From NCBI GenBank assembly GCA_028534125.1, contig CM052817.1, positions 78,308,001-78,372,000 on the forward strand: a stretch of DNA of 64,000 bases, in the 5' to 3' direction. Shown in pieces: positions 1 to 14,478 of this stretch. The DNA comes from Lama glama (taxonomy: Eukaryota). Position 1 is the first letter of the stretch; the number at the start of each line of letters is the position of its first letter. The translations under genes were made by a program, and so were the position numbers. Below the pieces are notes generated by a model that saw only the letters and a program-made list of their open reading frames with translations, was not told where the DNA came from and ran no database searches.

Positions 1-2022
1 ACACAAAATATATGAGCCTTCAGTAGATGTAAAACTTCTGTCTTCCCTGCCCCTGGAGACAGGCCTTCTGACAAGTCGTGTGCTCATCCCCTCCTCTCTC
101 ACGTCCCATTTGGTTCTCACTCTCCTTCAGTCAGGTATCATGCTCATTATTCCAGTGAACTCCCCATCAGGTCCACAGTGAGCTCCTTGTGGCTCCATCC
201 AATGGTCACTTTCCATCACGGCCTCTCTGACCTCTCCCCAGTTGCTTCACAAAATGGACCCCTACATTCCTGGGTCCGGTGGCCTCGAGACACAAGAGGC
301 CTTGCTCTATTCTTTGAAAATTATGTTTTCACCAGTAACATCACGTGGAAGCAACCAGAGCCCAGCCCCCAGCGCAGAGGCACTTTCCCAGCCTCTCCCT
401 GAGGAATTCTCCCTTTGGGCACTGTAAAATGGTGACAACCATCCAAAATGGAAAAAAAACAGAAACAAAAACCTAAAAATAACAATGGCAGCACAAACAG
501 GAACTGAACTCTTTAATGAACTAGTCAGACTGGCCAACTTCTTCCCTGAGACAGAAATCAGCCTCTGTATTAAGTACATCGACCTGGAATTCTTGACCTT
601 ATTGTACTGTCAACCTGGGAAGGTGTGACTTTTCATTCACACACAAAAAAATAAAGACTTAAGAGTCCAATTTACTTGGACAACTAAGAAAATATAATCT
701 TATTTTAACTCTAAGTTGATAGAATGGTGTTATCTTCATTCCAGATCTCTCTGTTGAGCAGTCCGGGGATACCCACCTGTCTACCAGGTACCTTCATTTG
801 GGTATCTCATGAACAACCCAAATTCGGCATTCATGAGCTTTATCCTTTGATCCTGTGTGTCCTGTACGTCCTGTCCTGATTGGCTACACCACATTCATCC
901 CGTTACCAAATAAGAAACTTAGAGGGCCATTCAAGATACCCCTTTTTCACTCATGTCTCCCTACATTTAATCTAAGTCATATCAACGTCACTTCTCTGAT
1001 GTTTCTAGAATTTTATTCCCTGAGGGTGATGACAAGAACGCAAATAACATTCATAGCAGCAGTGCTAGTAGTTAAGAGCAGCAGCAGCAGCGTCGTACCA
1101 GGAACTACCGTTTACGTTCGTAACCATTTAACCTTTAGCCATGCACACACAAAGTAAAACGCCTGGGAGAAAACAGCAAAATGCAAATGCCAGTGGCGGT
1201 GACTCCTGCATCACAGAAGCCCAGATCACCTTTTATTCTCTTCTTCATAGAGTATGAAAAGCAAAGTAAGTTTTTAGACTTTCAAAATAAGTTTGTTTTA
1301 CACTGTTGATAAAGAAGTATGTTAAAATAGTTCCTTCTTATTTATCTATTAAAATCAAATCAGTCTAGCTTACAGCTAAAGTATGATAAACAGTAAAGTG
1401 GTTGATACTTACAAAAAGTTGTTTCAGAATTTTTTAGCAATCCTAAAATAATTTATTATTCACAGCTATTCTCATTGTATCACACAGCTTCATGTGTGCT
1501 ATTGCTCTCCAGATATCAATAGAAGAGCCAGCAAAAAAAAAAAAAAAATCAAAGACTTATAGTCATCGGATAAGTTACATGTTAATTAAGCCTAACATAA
1601 TATACCAGGTTGTTATTCTCTTTCATGATAGCCAAAATTGATTAAGCAAAGCAAGAGATATGGTCATGAATACTAAGAAATTTTATAGAATGCGGCATAA
1701 TAAATTCATTCCCTAATTTACCTGGTGTCATAATATAGAAATTTCCACCACAGACCTGAGCTTTTTCTCCTCTTTTGGAATCTGATTGTCCTGAGTTTGA
1801 ATACTGCTCATCCTCTTCTAGTTGCAAATTCTGGGAAGCTATGCAACCTCACTGAACCTGGGAAAAATGGGATAAATTGTACCTATCTCCGAGGTACCCT
1901 GGCCATATATTCAGGCTTGTTTAAGGCCGTCTCTAGGCCAGTTACCATGGAACAATGATTAACAGCACTCCCCTTCACTTACACAAATGACTCAACTAGG
2001 ACAATGCAAATAACTGGTCACC

Positions 2023-2424
2023 TATTATGGACAGCACTGTGCCTTCACCCCAAAATCATACGCTGAAGTCCTAACCCCAGTACCTTGGAATACGACCTGA
2101 TTTGGAAGTCAGGCTGTTGTAAATGTTAGTAGAGTAGTGTGGGTCCCTAATCTTACATGACTGGTGTCCTTATAAGAAGATGGCTGTGTAGAGACAGAGC
2201 TGGGACAATGCCATGTGAAGAGTGGAGTTACACTGCCACAGGCAAGCAACTGCAAGAAGCCAGAAGAGCCTGGAAAAAGCCTTCCCTGGTGCCTTCAAAG
2301 GGAGGGTGGTCCTGCCAACACCTTGATCTCAGATGTCTAGCCTCCCGAACAGCCAGACAATAATTTTTTGTTTACACTACTCAGTTTGTGGTTCTTCGTT
2401 TCAGCAGTCCTACCCAGCTAACCC
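2023..2424 (+). mobile_element. ERVL-MaLR solo LTR (MLT1-type)
   Basis: MLT1-like segments: ccccaaaatcatacgctgaagtcctaacccc, gactggtgtccttataagaa, cctgccaacaccttgatctcaga, agcctcccgaac. Boundaries are approximate and the subfamily is not resolved. Confidence 0.8.
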
Positions 2425-3339
2425 AATCACCCTGCTCATAATGGTGGCCATTGTTACCATCACTGATGTCTGTCTGCTGTCCAGGAGGCCTCTGCAGACT
2501 GCTCAGAAGAGAAACTGGTACCTCAAGGTGAGAGGTGTTTCCACCCCACTGCCATCCGAACGCTAAGATCCAGCGATACTGAGTTGATAGGCTTGGGAAA
2601 CTTAGGTAAGTTCAACTGCACTCATTCATTTACTATCCCAGAATAGAATACCCGTTTTAAAGGATGTCACTGGGTAAACAGCACTGATAAACAGAATTTA
2701 TTTGAAAACTAGTGTCCGGTTTGTAAATGAACCTCGACTACATTAAACTGCTACCTCTCGACCCTTCTGGCTGCAGCATGATTAGGGTAATCCTACCTTT
2801 CTTAGACTGTGAGGACAACGCTATCGGTTGTCCCACACAATCTAAAGCTGAAGGTTACCTGTACAAGTGAAACCCATGCTGATAAATATCAAAGTCATTT
2901 TCATTTGCCTAATTTGCATATTAGAGACAAGCTGTTATGCTTAGAGCTTTTTCCACATTATGCATGTGATATTTTTCCTCATTATTGTAAATTATTGTGA
3001 TGAGTATGTTTCCAAGAAATATATTTTTGTCTACACATAAAATTTTCCTGGTATGAACAGGAATTATCCTTCAATTGGAGTTAACTCAAAGAATATAGAT
3101 CTTTCTTTCTTACTTGAACACGGCCATTACATAGGTCTTGATATAAAATAGGATGCAAATCCAAGTAACAATTATTTTTAAGTGTCTCTGGTAGATTTAG
3201 ATACTGTTTATATTTTGCATAGGCTAATAGCAATGTTCAAATTCTTATGTAAAGATTAATCTGAAAATTAGCTGAAAAATACAGCTAAAAACCAACCTAA
3301 ATGGAAGTAACAATAGCAACAGCTGAAACATACAGGCCC

Positions 3340-3545
3340 ATGAACAGCAGGCTCTGTTCTACCGTTCAGAACACTTAAGGTGTGTTAGTAATTTTACTTC
3401 TCGTAACAACGTTAAGATCCAGGAATTCGTACTTCTAGTTTACAAATAAGGAAAGTACGGCCCAGAAAAGATAAGTAATTTGCTCAAGATGACACAGCTA
3501 TTAAATGGCAGAATCAGAATTTTAACCCTTAATCTTTAACCCTTA
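3340..3545 (-). mobile_element. MIR SINE fragment
   Basis: Reverse-strand MIR core: tttacaaataaggaaagtacggcccaga...aagtaatttgctcaagatgacacagcta. Boundaries are approximate. Confidence 0.7.
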
Positions 3546-5193
3546 TGCCATTATATAAATTAATAATATGGCTAGTATTTTGTATAAATTAGGTTAGACT
3601 TCCCAAAGTTACTGACAAAAACTCTGCTTCTTGCAATTACAGCTGACATTAACCAGATCTTACTGACTGGTTGATTGAGGCATTCTTTTAGCTATCAAAG
3701 CTCATCAGGAAAAAGTCGGGGGGGCAGGTTAGGAATGTGTGTTACATCTCAAAGCAGATCCCAAGTGGCTGTGAACACTGATATAATATTAAACTGTTTC
3801 TTGAGAACTACATAGAGGTAATCATCTTCAACATTTAGAAGGGCAAAACAGTATTAGCAAATATCCCATACTACACTGTGAGATTTAGCTACCAATTTAA
3901 TGAGCATAGCAGTATAAATAATACTGAAGTGTACTTAACAGCAAAATATTTTCCACTTAACTAAGTAAAATAGATGAGTTCTTTGCATCTGCTTCTTTAA
4001 ATTATGTTCTGACACTGAATAACATTAAAATCCACTTCTGTTTTCTTCAAACACATCAAGGACCAAATGGAAGCATGACGGCAACTGTAAAAGGTGATTG
4101 TAAGCTGACTTTAAAAGGTGCCACGAAGTAGATACTCCATGAAGCAAATTTATTCATTCATTAAATATCTATTTTTTGAGCATATACCATCTTCTAATTA
4201 CTGTCCTGGGCTTTGGGAATGCAGCTGCTAACAGATGCGCAAAATCACTGCCTCTTCAAAACCTCTGTAGGAGTGGACAGGAAAAGGACTCAGTTAAAAT
4301 TCTTAGGAAAGGCTAAAGAACTGAATGAATGTAGTTTCTTGATGCCAGTTTAACATTATTCAGGCACACTTTTTATAACTCTTAATATCTGTATCAGAAG
4401 CATTTTAGCTTACTGGACTTGAAATAAGTGACTCCACATCCTCACTGCTGGCACACCTTGAGATGGAAGTACCTTAAAAGTATTTGAAATATTAAGGAAA
4501 GAGCTCCAGAAAATAGCAGATGGCTTTCCAACGGCAACTGGTGGTAATGAAGGGGGACATCTGGATGCCACATGGAAGACCTTACCCAGAGTCCACCCTG
4601 GTCCCCAAACAAGTTACCTTGAGTCTTTCACTAAGAAAATGCATTATGACCAAACCACTCACTGGCAAGTATGGCTGAAAACAGTAGGAAAAATCTGATT
4701 CTACTTTAATATATGCCATTAGGATTATAATTTATTGACTTTACCATTATTTTCTGCAATATAATTAGAGACATCAGAAGAACTTTAGGCCTCAATAAAG
4801 GATTAACATACTACTATTAAAATATACCACTATTATAAAATCCTTCATGAAATTTGTGAAGGGATTTTGGGTTAGCGTGAATCTTCATGATTAAAAGAAG
4901 GACACTAAAGTCACCAGATCACCTCAGTGTCCATCTTGAACAGATTCTTTCTAAAGATCTATGTTTACATAACATGAAATCAATAAAGAAAAATCTTGCA
5001 AAGCTTGACATACTTACATCAGATATCTTGATAGTTTTAAATTAGACCATAGATTTAATTTTAGATATGAACTTGACTACTATAACAGAGGGCTCGAAGA
5101 TCAAGTTTCATTTCATACTACTAAACACATTGAATGAAAAAGACTGACTAATGTTAACCACGATCAACCCTGAAGATTAAAAAATGTACAACA

Positions 5194-5248
5194 AAGTGGT
5201 TAAAATGATAAAGTTTATGTTTTGCATATTTTATCACAATTTAAAAAA
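5194..5248 (+). mobile_element. Short old L1 (L1M) 3' terminal fragment
   Basis: gtggttaaaatgataaagtttatgttttgcatattttatcacaatttaaaaaa resembles the L1M 3' end. It is flanked by a degenerate repeat (aaaaatgtacaac / aaaaagtgtatagc). Confidence 0.6.
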
Positions 5249-8200
5249 GTGTATAGCCAATGAGCCCTATACTTTGAGAGATTTTTAAACAAGCAGAAAA
5301 CTTTAACTACATATAATCCACATTTTAAGAGAGTCTGATTAAAATAAACATAGGCTATTTCTAGAAAGGATTTTAATAATTTTAATTTCCATTTTGTCAG
5401 TATATTTTTAAAAACCTACGTGGATTTCTGGGAACTCCAATAATTCCCTGAAAAGATGAAAAGATGTATATACAGAGAAAATGTAATTTAAGATGTAGTA
5501 AAGTCAAACTTTTATTTTTGATGAATCCAAATTAAATAATGTTTAGATAATTAAATTAAATACTGTTTAAAGATCTGGAGCCATAGTTTTTATTTTTACT
5601 TTTGAGTTTTTTAACAAAAATCAGTTTTGGAGATGGCAACTTTCAAGTGAAAAAGCACACCTCAGAAGTGTATGTTTCATGAAAAAATACTCTAAGATGG
5701 TTTCACATGGTTGAACTTTAAAATATATATATCGTATGGGAATTCTTTAGAAGAGCTTTTTATTTGTTTTTCACAAATATCATAGGACTGGCTTATTTTG
5801 CTGTTGTGGACTAAAGAAATTGTTACAAAACCTCAAAGTGACTCATTCTAAATGAAAATTAAACCAAAAAATATAACTGTGCAAGCACTTTCCTATCACT
5901 TTTCCAATTCTGTCGTTCTAATTCCCTCAACTTAGGGAGGCTCTAATAAATTAGAAGTGCACCACAGAGAGAAGTGAAATGGTACACTGACAAATGGGAG
6001 TAGCTCAGGTTCATTCTTGGCAATTTTCTATGAATTAAAACACTTTTTTTTTTTTTCCTGCAGCAAAAGAGTCATGAAACCCACTGACCTCACCAAACCC
6101 CACACGGTTGCTCTTAGAATGCTCCTATTAATCAAATCCTGCATAATTTCACTTGCCATCTTCGAAAGAAAGACAACAAAAATCTGAACTTAACATTTAC
6201 TCCTTGAATATCTACAGAAGTTTTAGAAATTTAAAGAGTTTACTATTACAAGAAAGTGGGCAATAAAATGTAAAAACTGAAAGTGACTGAATGAGGGAAA
6301 CTTTGCTTCTCAAAATACAATGGCCAACTGAATCAAAACAAATTGAGTCTGCTTTTAAATTCAAGTTTCTATGCAGCTCCAAAAAAGTGAAAGAGCCATC
6401 CTTTTCCTTAAGAATCTTCAGTTATGGGATCCCTTCCTCATTTCTGAAAAAATGCCAAATCAAGTGAGGTGTGGTCCACTGGGAAGAATTAAAAACAGGA
6501 GAGCCATGTGCTCACGAACTTTCTAGTCTGAAATAGTAAAAAGCCTGACCTATTTTATGAGTTGAGGACAAAACAAAAACTGAGTCTTACTGATGCAAAT
6601 AAAATAGGATGTGAGATGAAGAATAAAAGAGGACAAGAGGTACTGAATATTTTTAAACTATAACAAGCTAGGAAGAGAAAGGTAAAGGTTTCCTGTCCAG
6701 GATGCCCTGGCTCTGGCCAACCAGGTGTATAAATGCCACCCCCCCCCATTAAATGTGATTTGTCTGAAGAGAGGAAGGCACCTTCCTGAGGCCCTTGATG
6801 TGAGCACTGACAGAGCAAAGTGGATTGTTTCACAAGCAGGAGAAACACTGGAACAATCTAGACACTGAGAAAGTTTTACAGGTTCTGACCAAGAAAGAAA
6901 ACCTCCTACCTGAGTTCTCCACACTGCGGTGGGAAGAGACACTTTGCAGTAAGGTCGGTAAGTTGAAGTCAGGTCATTAATGATTCGGTTTTGTTGTTAG
7001 GGAGTCAGACTTTGGTGGGAATATCATTAATCTTTTCCACCAGCAGTTTTCCATGTTTAGGAATTTCTACCAGAAGTTTTATTTAGCCGAGTATTTACGA
7101 GCATAGTCTGTGAACAGTCGGCGGGGAGTGATGAAACAGTTAAACCTTAGGTGCCGGCGCACAGAGGGGTTTTCCTGACCACGGTGCTGGCAAGGAAGAA
7201 TCAAGAGTATACAACTTTGAGCAGCAAGAAACCCAGAAAATTATTGTCTTGATTCAAAACCTAGAGAGGCTATTAAAACCTTCCCCAGCCCTGAGGCACA
7301 ATTCAGAGTTCCAGAAAAGTAGCTCAGAGAGAAGTTGTTCTTGCCAGGGGGTGGGGAATCGTAGCAATGGTCGGAGAAAGCACGTATCAGAGAAAATCAG
7401 ATCTCCTTTAGTCTTCTAAACTAAAGGAAAATGCTGTGTTCTAGATTTAATAGAGGTAGCAACTGATAACATCAGCTAATAATTTATAGAAATAGAAATA
7501 GTTTCAACAGTGAAAACTGTTGCATAGGCCACCTCTGTTTCTGAGGATCCCCATAGATCAAAAACTAAAGAAGTAATAGAAATAGAGTTACATAAAGGAT
7601 GGTACACTTTAAATGATCCATCTTATCAGAGCCTCTGTGACTATATTATTAATTCATTTGATATCTTTCATCACACTAGATTCCAAGACAGATGTCACTC
7701 CCTCACTCTTTCCTCTGCCTCATACCCCAGCTTATGACTAACCTTGACATAAACATTTTACTTTTTGCATTAAAAAACTAAGGCCTTTGATATTTTTGAA
7801 AAAAAGTAAAAAACAGACAATCATATTGCCAATGAAAGTCAAAATGAGTGTTTCTCTCTCTTAAGTTGTTATATATGCTCATTACTAGCCCAAAATCAAT
7901 TGAGGAGGACTGGATGCAGGAATAAAAAGGGAAAATGGCATATTCCACTGATGTGGTTGATGAGAAATTATCTGAAGTGTGAAAATCACACTGAGAAAAT
8001 AAGAATCATACAGTTCAAGACCTAACCTATGATTAATAAGCTCTCAATCTCAATCTCTGAAGTGTGCTGGGGGTAAAATCTTTTATTTCTGTGCAGATTC
8101 TACACTCAACTATTCTGTTAACTCTTAGATTACTTGTAGGTAAAAGAACATTTGATTTGACTTAATGTTAGTAATTAACCACTTAGAAAACAAATATAGC

Positions 8201-10167
8201 AAAATAAATTCCCTCTCAATATACAGAGGTAATCTAATTATAAAATATGAAAAGACATGTTTACGTTTTCATGTGTGTTGGTAATAACTTTGACTATCTA
8301 TTTTTGTTTATGAGTAATTGTCATTATTATCTTATTCACAGCTGCTTTTTTATAACTATGGACAAATATTCTACAAAGAATGAAAAAATTCTTTTAGAAA
8401 AACTATTAGAGAAGAAAGAAAAACAGAGGCTAAAATCCAAGTTTCATCAAATCATAACATACCAATTCTTTATTTCTAAGATGATCACAGGTAGTTACCA
8501 AAAAATTAAATATTTCCCAAGACAGTGATTTATGACTACACTCAAATAACAGTGTGCAAGCAAGCCCAGAACAGAAGGGCCAACACAGCCGGTATCTATT
8601 AACACGGAAAGTTGGTTGGGACTGTAGGCAAGTAATTAACCTTCTGGCCCAGAGCTTTAAAGCCCCAAAAGCTGTTCCTGGAATTTCTCTTATAATTTAT
8701 GAACAACTGATGGAATTCTTGTCACAGTCCGTGGATTCCCTTGCGGAACTAACCCCAGCTTTTGCCGACCCTAAGAAGCTATAAACCAACAGGAGAATGT
8801 GTTCTGCTATTTCAGCTGACCCACAGAGTGCCATCTCTGTCATTCTAGCATAGGAAACGGGATGATAAATTACAGGGCTGCCCGCCCGGCAGACCTAAAC
8901 ATTCACCTTCACTAACGATGCCGGCAACACACAGTCCATGCGTCCTGGCTCACCCCAAACCAGCTGTCTTTGACAGCAAGTCCTCATCTATGTTCCAGAG
9001 ACGATCTAACGCTGCTGCTAAAGGTGATAAAAAGATGATGATGATGACACTGGGGATAGAGGGTTAGACCATATATCAAGGGAGTATGAGTACCTGTGAT
9101 TAAATACATGTAGGAAAAACAAAAACAAGACACACAGCAATGTTGGCAGCAACGGGTCACTTTACAGCATGTTTGCACCATGCTAGGCTAAAGCCTTAGT
9201 TTAGTTCTAGATGAACCACGTATAAATTATGTAACCTTAGCAAATCATTGTATTTTGCTGGGCATTAGTTCAGTTAAAGGCTTGAACTAGAAATCTCCTG
9301 AAATTATTTTCTAGCCTGAAAGTGAAGACTATTATGTTTTAACAATCTACCCAATGTGCACACCTGCCGTGCATGCCTTTATTCTAATAGCCTAATTATG
9401 AAGAATGAGTGGACTCTAGAAGGTGGATACAAGGTTTGTGAAAAATAACATTATCAAAGTTAATGGAAAAGTTCTGCCATGCTTCACGCTAGCAGTACAA
9501 GATGGTGACAGTGGGAATGGAGGAAATGGAGAAGGGAGAGGCAGCAGACAGAGAACAAAGATTGTGAAGCAAAGATACAACTGGTTGGTTATGTACAATA
9601 GTAAAGGAAAAAGTCAATCAAAACGTGAAAGAATTGGAGAGATTTTTAAAATGTAGTTTTAAACACTCTTAACAACAACAATAACAAAAGAAACAGATAT
9701 AAATACTAAGATACCTCCCAGAACTAAAGTTTAAGAGCAAGGTGATCATTGTCTTATAGAATGACCATTAGTCATGAGTCAATAAAATAAAACCTGTTCT
9801 AAGAAAACTAATATAAAGGAAACTGCCTTTAATGTTACTATATCAGATAGGAAATGATGAAAGATACCAATTGGCAACTGGCAGAAACATAATCTGAAGT
9901 CATATTTCCTCCTCACAAAACTTACTGCGTTTTGATGTCACAAAAAAGAGGATTGGTTTCCCCAAATACTGATGGACAGTTTAAATACTATAAAAACAAA
10001 GAGAACTTGACTCCTTCAACATAGTGGGAAAACAATGAAAAGACCGTTAGTTACCTCTATAAAAATCTCATCACATTGCAATGTATTCAAGTGTCCACAC
10101 ACCTCACTGAAAGGCTCCACTATCAATTAATAATCATTTCCAAGAAATGAAAGAAGTTATCTGCCAG

Positions 10168-10530
10168 ACTATATGACATTCTGGACAACAAAAACTTATG
10201 GAGACAGTAAAATTATCAGTGGTCACCAGGAGTTGAGAATTGGGGGATGAATAGACAAAGCACAGTGGATATTTAGGGCAGTGAAAATACTGTGGATGAT
10301 ATCATAATGGTGGATACATGTCCTTACACATGTGTCCAGACCCACAGAATGTCCACATCAGCAGCAAATCATAATGCAGACTATGGACTTTGGGTGATTA
10401 TTATGTGTCAGTGCAGGTTCATCAGTTGTAACAAACATACCACTCTGGTTAGGAATACTGATAGGAGGGGATGCTACACTTGTGTAGGGGGCAGAAGTGG
10501 TTGGGGAAATCTCTTTACATCTTCTTTTAT
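10168..10530 (+). mobile_element. Old L1 (L1MC-like) 3' UTR fragment
   Basis: Diagnostic-looking strings: tatatgacattctgga, ggagacagtaaaattatcagtgg, ctatggactttgggtgattattatgtgtcagtgcaggttcatcagttgtaacaaa. Confidence 0.75.
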
Positions 10531-12209
10531 AAAGAGTGCATGTGCTTTCCAATGTATTGTGGGAAAAAACTTCTGAATAATTCAAGAGAACTGGAAATTT
10601 CATGGAATTCCTTTTTCAAAATTACTAAGCATGAAGTAATGATATTCTGTTTCTTCAGAAGAATCTGAGCTTTTTTCTGAGCAGTGTAACTGTAAGCAAA
10701 GACAAAACAAGACAACACGAGTCTGTTTATATTTAAAGAACATAAGTCTTCCTATTGAAAGAACCAGGCTCTGAGGGAGATGTGAACAAGATGTGAGCTA
10801 TGATGCTGGATGTTCAGGAGACAGGTCTCAGCTGCACTGAGTTGGCATCTGTGTCCACTCCATTGTTCTCACTGGAATAAAACACTCCCACTTTTACTTA
10901 TAAAAATTACGAAAATTTTCAAGCAGGAAGGAAAATTAGAAAAACAGTACAATGAACCTGATATTCTCTCACTAAGGTTTAATATTACCATATTTGCTTT
11001 CTCATTCTCATTTCTCTCTTTTTAACATATATTTTTATAGGTACTTCTTTTTGCTGGCCCATTTGAGAATAAGATGCAAAGACATGTCACACCTAAATAA
11101 TTTTTAGCATGAATGTTCTAATTATAACACCTGTGTAATCATAAGATGAATATACTTTAAATATCTTTCTTCAACAAAATGTTATTATAGAAAAATTAGA
11201 AAACACAGAAAATCATGAAGAAAATTCAAACTATCCAAATATAAAATACAAAGGAATAACCATAGTTAATAATTTAGCATTTAACCTTTAAGATGTTAAA
11301 ATAACAATATTTTATCCTTAACAAAAACATGCCATTTTGTTTTGTAAATTATCTTTCTCATTTTATGTTAACTAATATATATTTATACAGTCATTTTTAT
11401 TGTCCACATAATATCCTAATTTATAGATATACCATAATTTATTGAACCATTCTCCTCCATGTTGGATATGCACACTCTATTTCCAATTTTTTGCTATTTA
11501 TAAACAGTTCTTCAAGAAATAGGTCAATATTTTAAAAACAAACTTGATTGCTTATAATCTCTTATTTGACTTAGAAATCAAGCATCTTTTATGTTTATGC
11601 TTAATAAAGAGGGTAGTAATAATTTAAAAAGCTGAGGACAAGTTTTGATGTGACAAGATCAATTAAATTTATGAGAAATTATTTTGGAGGTCATTATGGC
11701 TTAATTTCAAGAAAGAAATTAGTGAGCCAAACATAAATAAAATACCACCAAAGAATTTTCCCAGCTGAGTTCTCCTTTAAATATTTATTAAAAACAAAGG
11801 CTCAGTTAATTAGGAACATACCCATCTAAAGCACATATTTCCAAAGATGATAATCATTAAGAAAATCCCATGATTATGTCAGACACCATGATATTAAATT
11901 AGCTTTTTAGCAATAGTCAATCCAGATCATTTTTATGCACTAAGTTATTAAAGTTCTAGCATACGCAATAGTTTAAGATCTTGATGAAAGAGAGAAAAGG
12001 AAAGATACTGAACATAAAATTCCCAGTGTGATATCCCATAAGAAAGGAAACCAAAGAAAAGGAGAAAAAGACAATATAAGAAATCAAATCATTCAGTAAA
12101 GCCTTGCCACCCAATGTTAATGAACACAATTCATTTGACTTTGGAAAAGTAGTCTTCAGTGGCAATATTACAGAAGACTTTCAGAGATCATACTTAAGAC
12201 AATTAACTG

Positions 12210-12395
12210 ACCATCTGCTACAAACCAGCACTAAGTACTTTACAGACATTATTCAATTTCTTCTTCACAAAAAGGACCTATGAAGTAAAATGGGTTCTGA
12301 GACGTTAGGCAGTTTGTGCAAAAGTGCACAGCTAGTAAGTGGTAGAGGCCAGGATTTGAATTCAAGTCAGTTGTCTCTGAAGCACCGCTCTTTCC
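12210..12395 (-). mobile_element. MIR SINE
   Basis: cacagctagtaagtggtagaggccaggatttgaattcaag is the reverse complement of the MIR core. Confidence 0.75.
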
Positions 12396-13112
12396 AGGAT
12401 GCAAAACAGACTCCCACAGCAGAGGAAGGTAGCGCTGGAAACACACTGGGACTTGCTTCTACTAAGCAGGGCAACTCTCTAGGTGGGGAAAGGGATGCAA
12501 TCTCATTATAACTCAGACTTCTCTGAATCCTAACTAAAAAATTTCAAATACCAGTAAATATCTTACTTGATAGGATAATCTTTGAGGTTCTATCTTTTGG
12601 AATCTGCAGGCAAATTTTAAAGGTAAAGGAAGTCTGCAATCTACCTACAAATACGCCCAAGTTTAGAAAGCCTTAAATGTTTCTCTGTTTACAATCACAA
12701 ACGTATCAAGCCAAAAGCAAACAGTACCTATAGAGGTGCAGCTTTGGCACACCTCCTACTTTTAAAATCCAGAGTCGGGCACAGGCAATGACAATGGGCA
12801 CTAGCATGTTTCAGGAGCAACAGCAGCAGAAACATAAGAATTTATCAAGACAAAGTAACAGCACCAAACCAGTCTGAGCAATCAGATGAGAACGATGGTG
12901 CCAGTTAAACAGGATGGCCTCTGTCAGCTTGGTCCTCACCTTCATGGGCAACACACTCTTCTCTGCCTCGAATACCTCACCTGGCCCCAAGACACACATA
13001 CACACACATAAACACCCACCCCCAATCACCCCCCAACACACAGATATACACACACACCTACTCACACTCCTATTTCTTTGGGCATTTATCATTGGCTAGG
13101 GGTCCATCTAGA

Positions 13113-14478
13113 GCATTACCTCCCGAAACACTGTCTGTGTACTCCTGGGGATCCCCAAGATTCTTACACAAGCTCTTCAAGGTCAAAACTACTTTTGCCA
13201 TAATACTATTATGCTATTTACCTTTTTCACCATGTTGACTTTGCACTAATGGTACAAAAGTAACAATGGGTAAAACTGCTGGGCCTTCGTACAGATCAGG
13301 ACAGTGGCATCTGATGGTGCTAGTAGTCACTGTATCTTCACTGCCACACTCAATAGAAATAATGCCAGTTTTCTAAAAATTATTAATTTTATAAAACCCT
13401 AACTTTTGAGTACCATAGTTTTAATATTCTCTGTGATAAAATGGGAACTAAGTACTTGCCATGAATATTGATATATGAAAGTTGCCTCAAGGAAAAGCAC
13501 TTGTGTGACTGAGTTGTGAGCTGAACTAGCAGCTTATTTCAAGGAACACCATTTTGACTTGAAATGTAACGACTGACAAATTATGGTTATTCACACTTGG
13601 GTATTTGGTGAACAATTGTTTTTTGAAAATTAGAGAAGCCTGTCATTTCAAAAGGAAGAAAGGAAGGAAGGAAAGTACTTCTTACCAAACACGAGAATTA
13701 GAGCAGTCAATGCAAAATTTAGAATTTAGGAAAATCTGTATGTGCTATCATGTGCTCGAAGGCTTCTTAAAACTCAGAGTTGCCCAGTGAGACCAGTGAT
13801 GGCATTAACACACGTGGAGGAAGTGTGTAACTCAGTGAGCCAGTATTTTCCAAGTGATCTGTGCATCATGTTACAGAATCACGCATGGGTAAAAGATCAT
13901 TCAAAGTGCAAGACACATCAATGGATTTTAATGTAACAGAATAGCGGAAGTTCACTGAGATGATCTAGGTTCCACACAACAACCTTTGAAAAAACCTACC
14001 ACTTTTTGAGTTTTACCATAGGGACAAGTAATACCTAGAATTATTTGTAAAGGCTATTTAAGAATTCTCCTTTTCTAACTACATATCTGCTTAGGGCCAG
14101 ATTTTCTGCAAATTCTGCAACCAAAAGAACATACTGCAGCAAAATGAATGAAGGAACAGATAGGAGAACCCAGCCGTCCCTCTTAAGTCAGACATTAGAG
14201 AGAGTTTCAGAAATGTAAAAACAGTGTCTCCTTTCTCACTAAAGTATTTCTGATTAGGAAATGGAGTTATTTTCTGTAAAAATACGCTGTCCATGTTAAC
14301 ATGTAATGGGTTTATTATTGTTATTTTAAACAAATTAGCACATTGTTAAATGTTCTCAGCTTTAATCTCTAATATAGTAAACAGCTACAGATATAACCCA
14401 CATAAACCAAAGCTTCTCAGGGTTGTCAGTTATTTGTAAGATGAAATGGAGTGTTGAGGCCAAAACGTGAGCACCGAT
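13113..14478. mobile_element. hAT-Charlie DNA transposon relic (Charlie1a-like, about 1.35 kb)
   Basis: Charlie1-like strings: aaggtcaaaactacttttgccataatact, ggaaaagcacttgtgtgactgagttgtgagctgaactagc, cagtattttccaagtga, catgggtaaaagatcattcaaagtgcaagac. The termini are degenerate and there is no intact transposase. Confidence 0.75.

Noticed and set aside
6500..7420. Possible ancient LTR (similar impressions at 44640-45200 and 53900-54450)
   Set aside because: Composition is suggestive, but I could not identify termini or a family.
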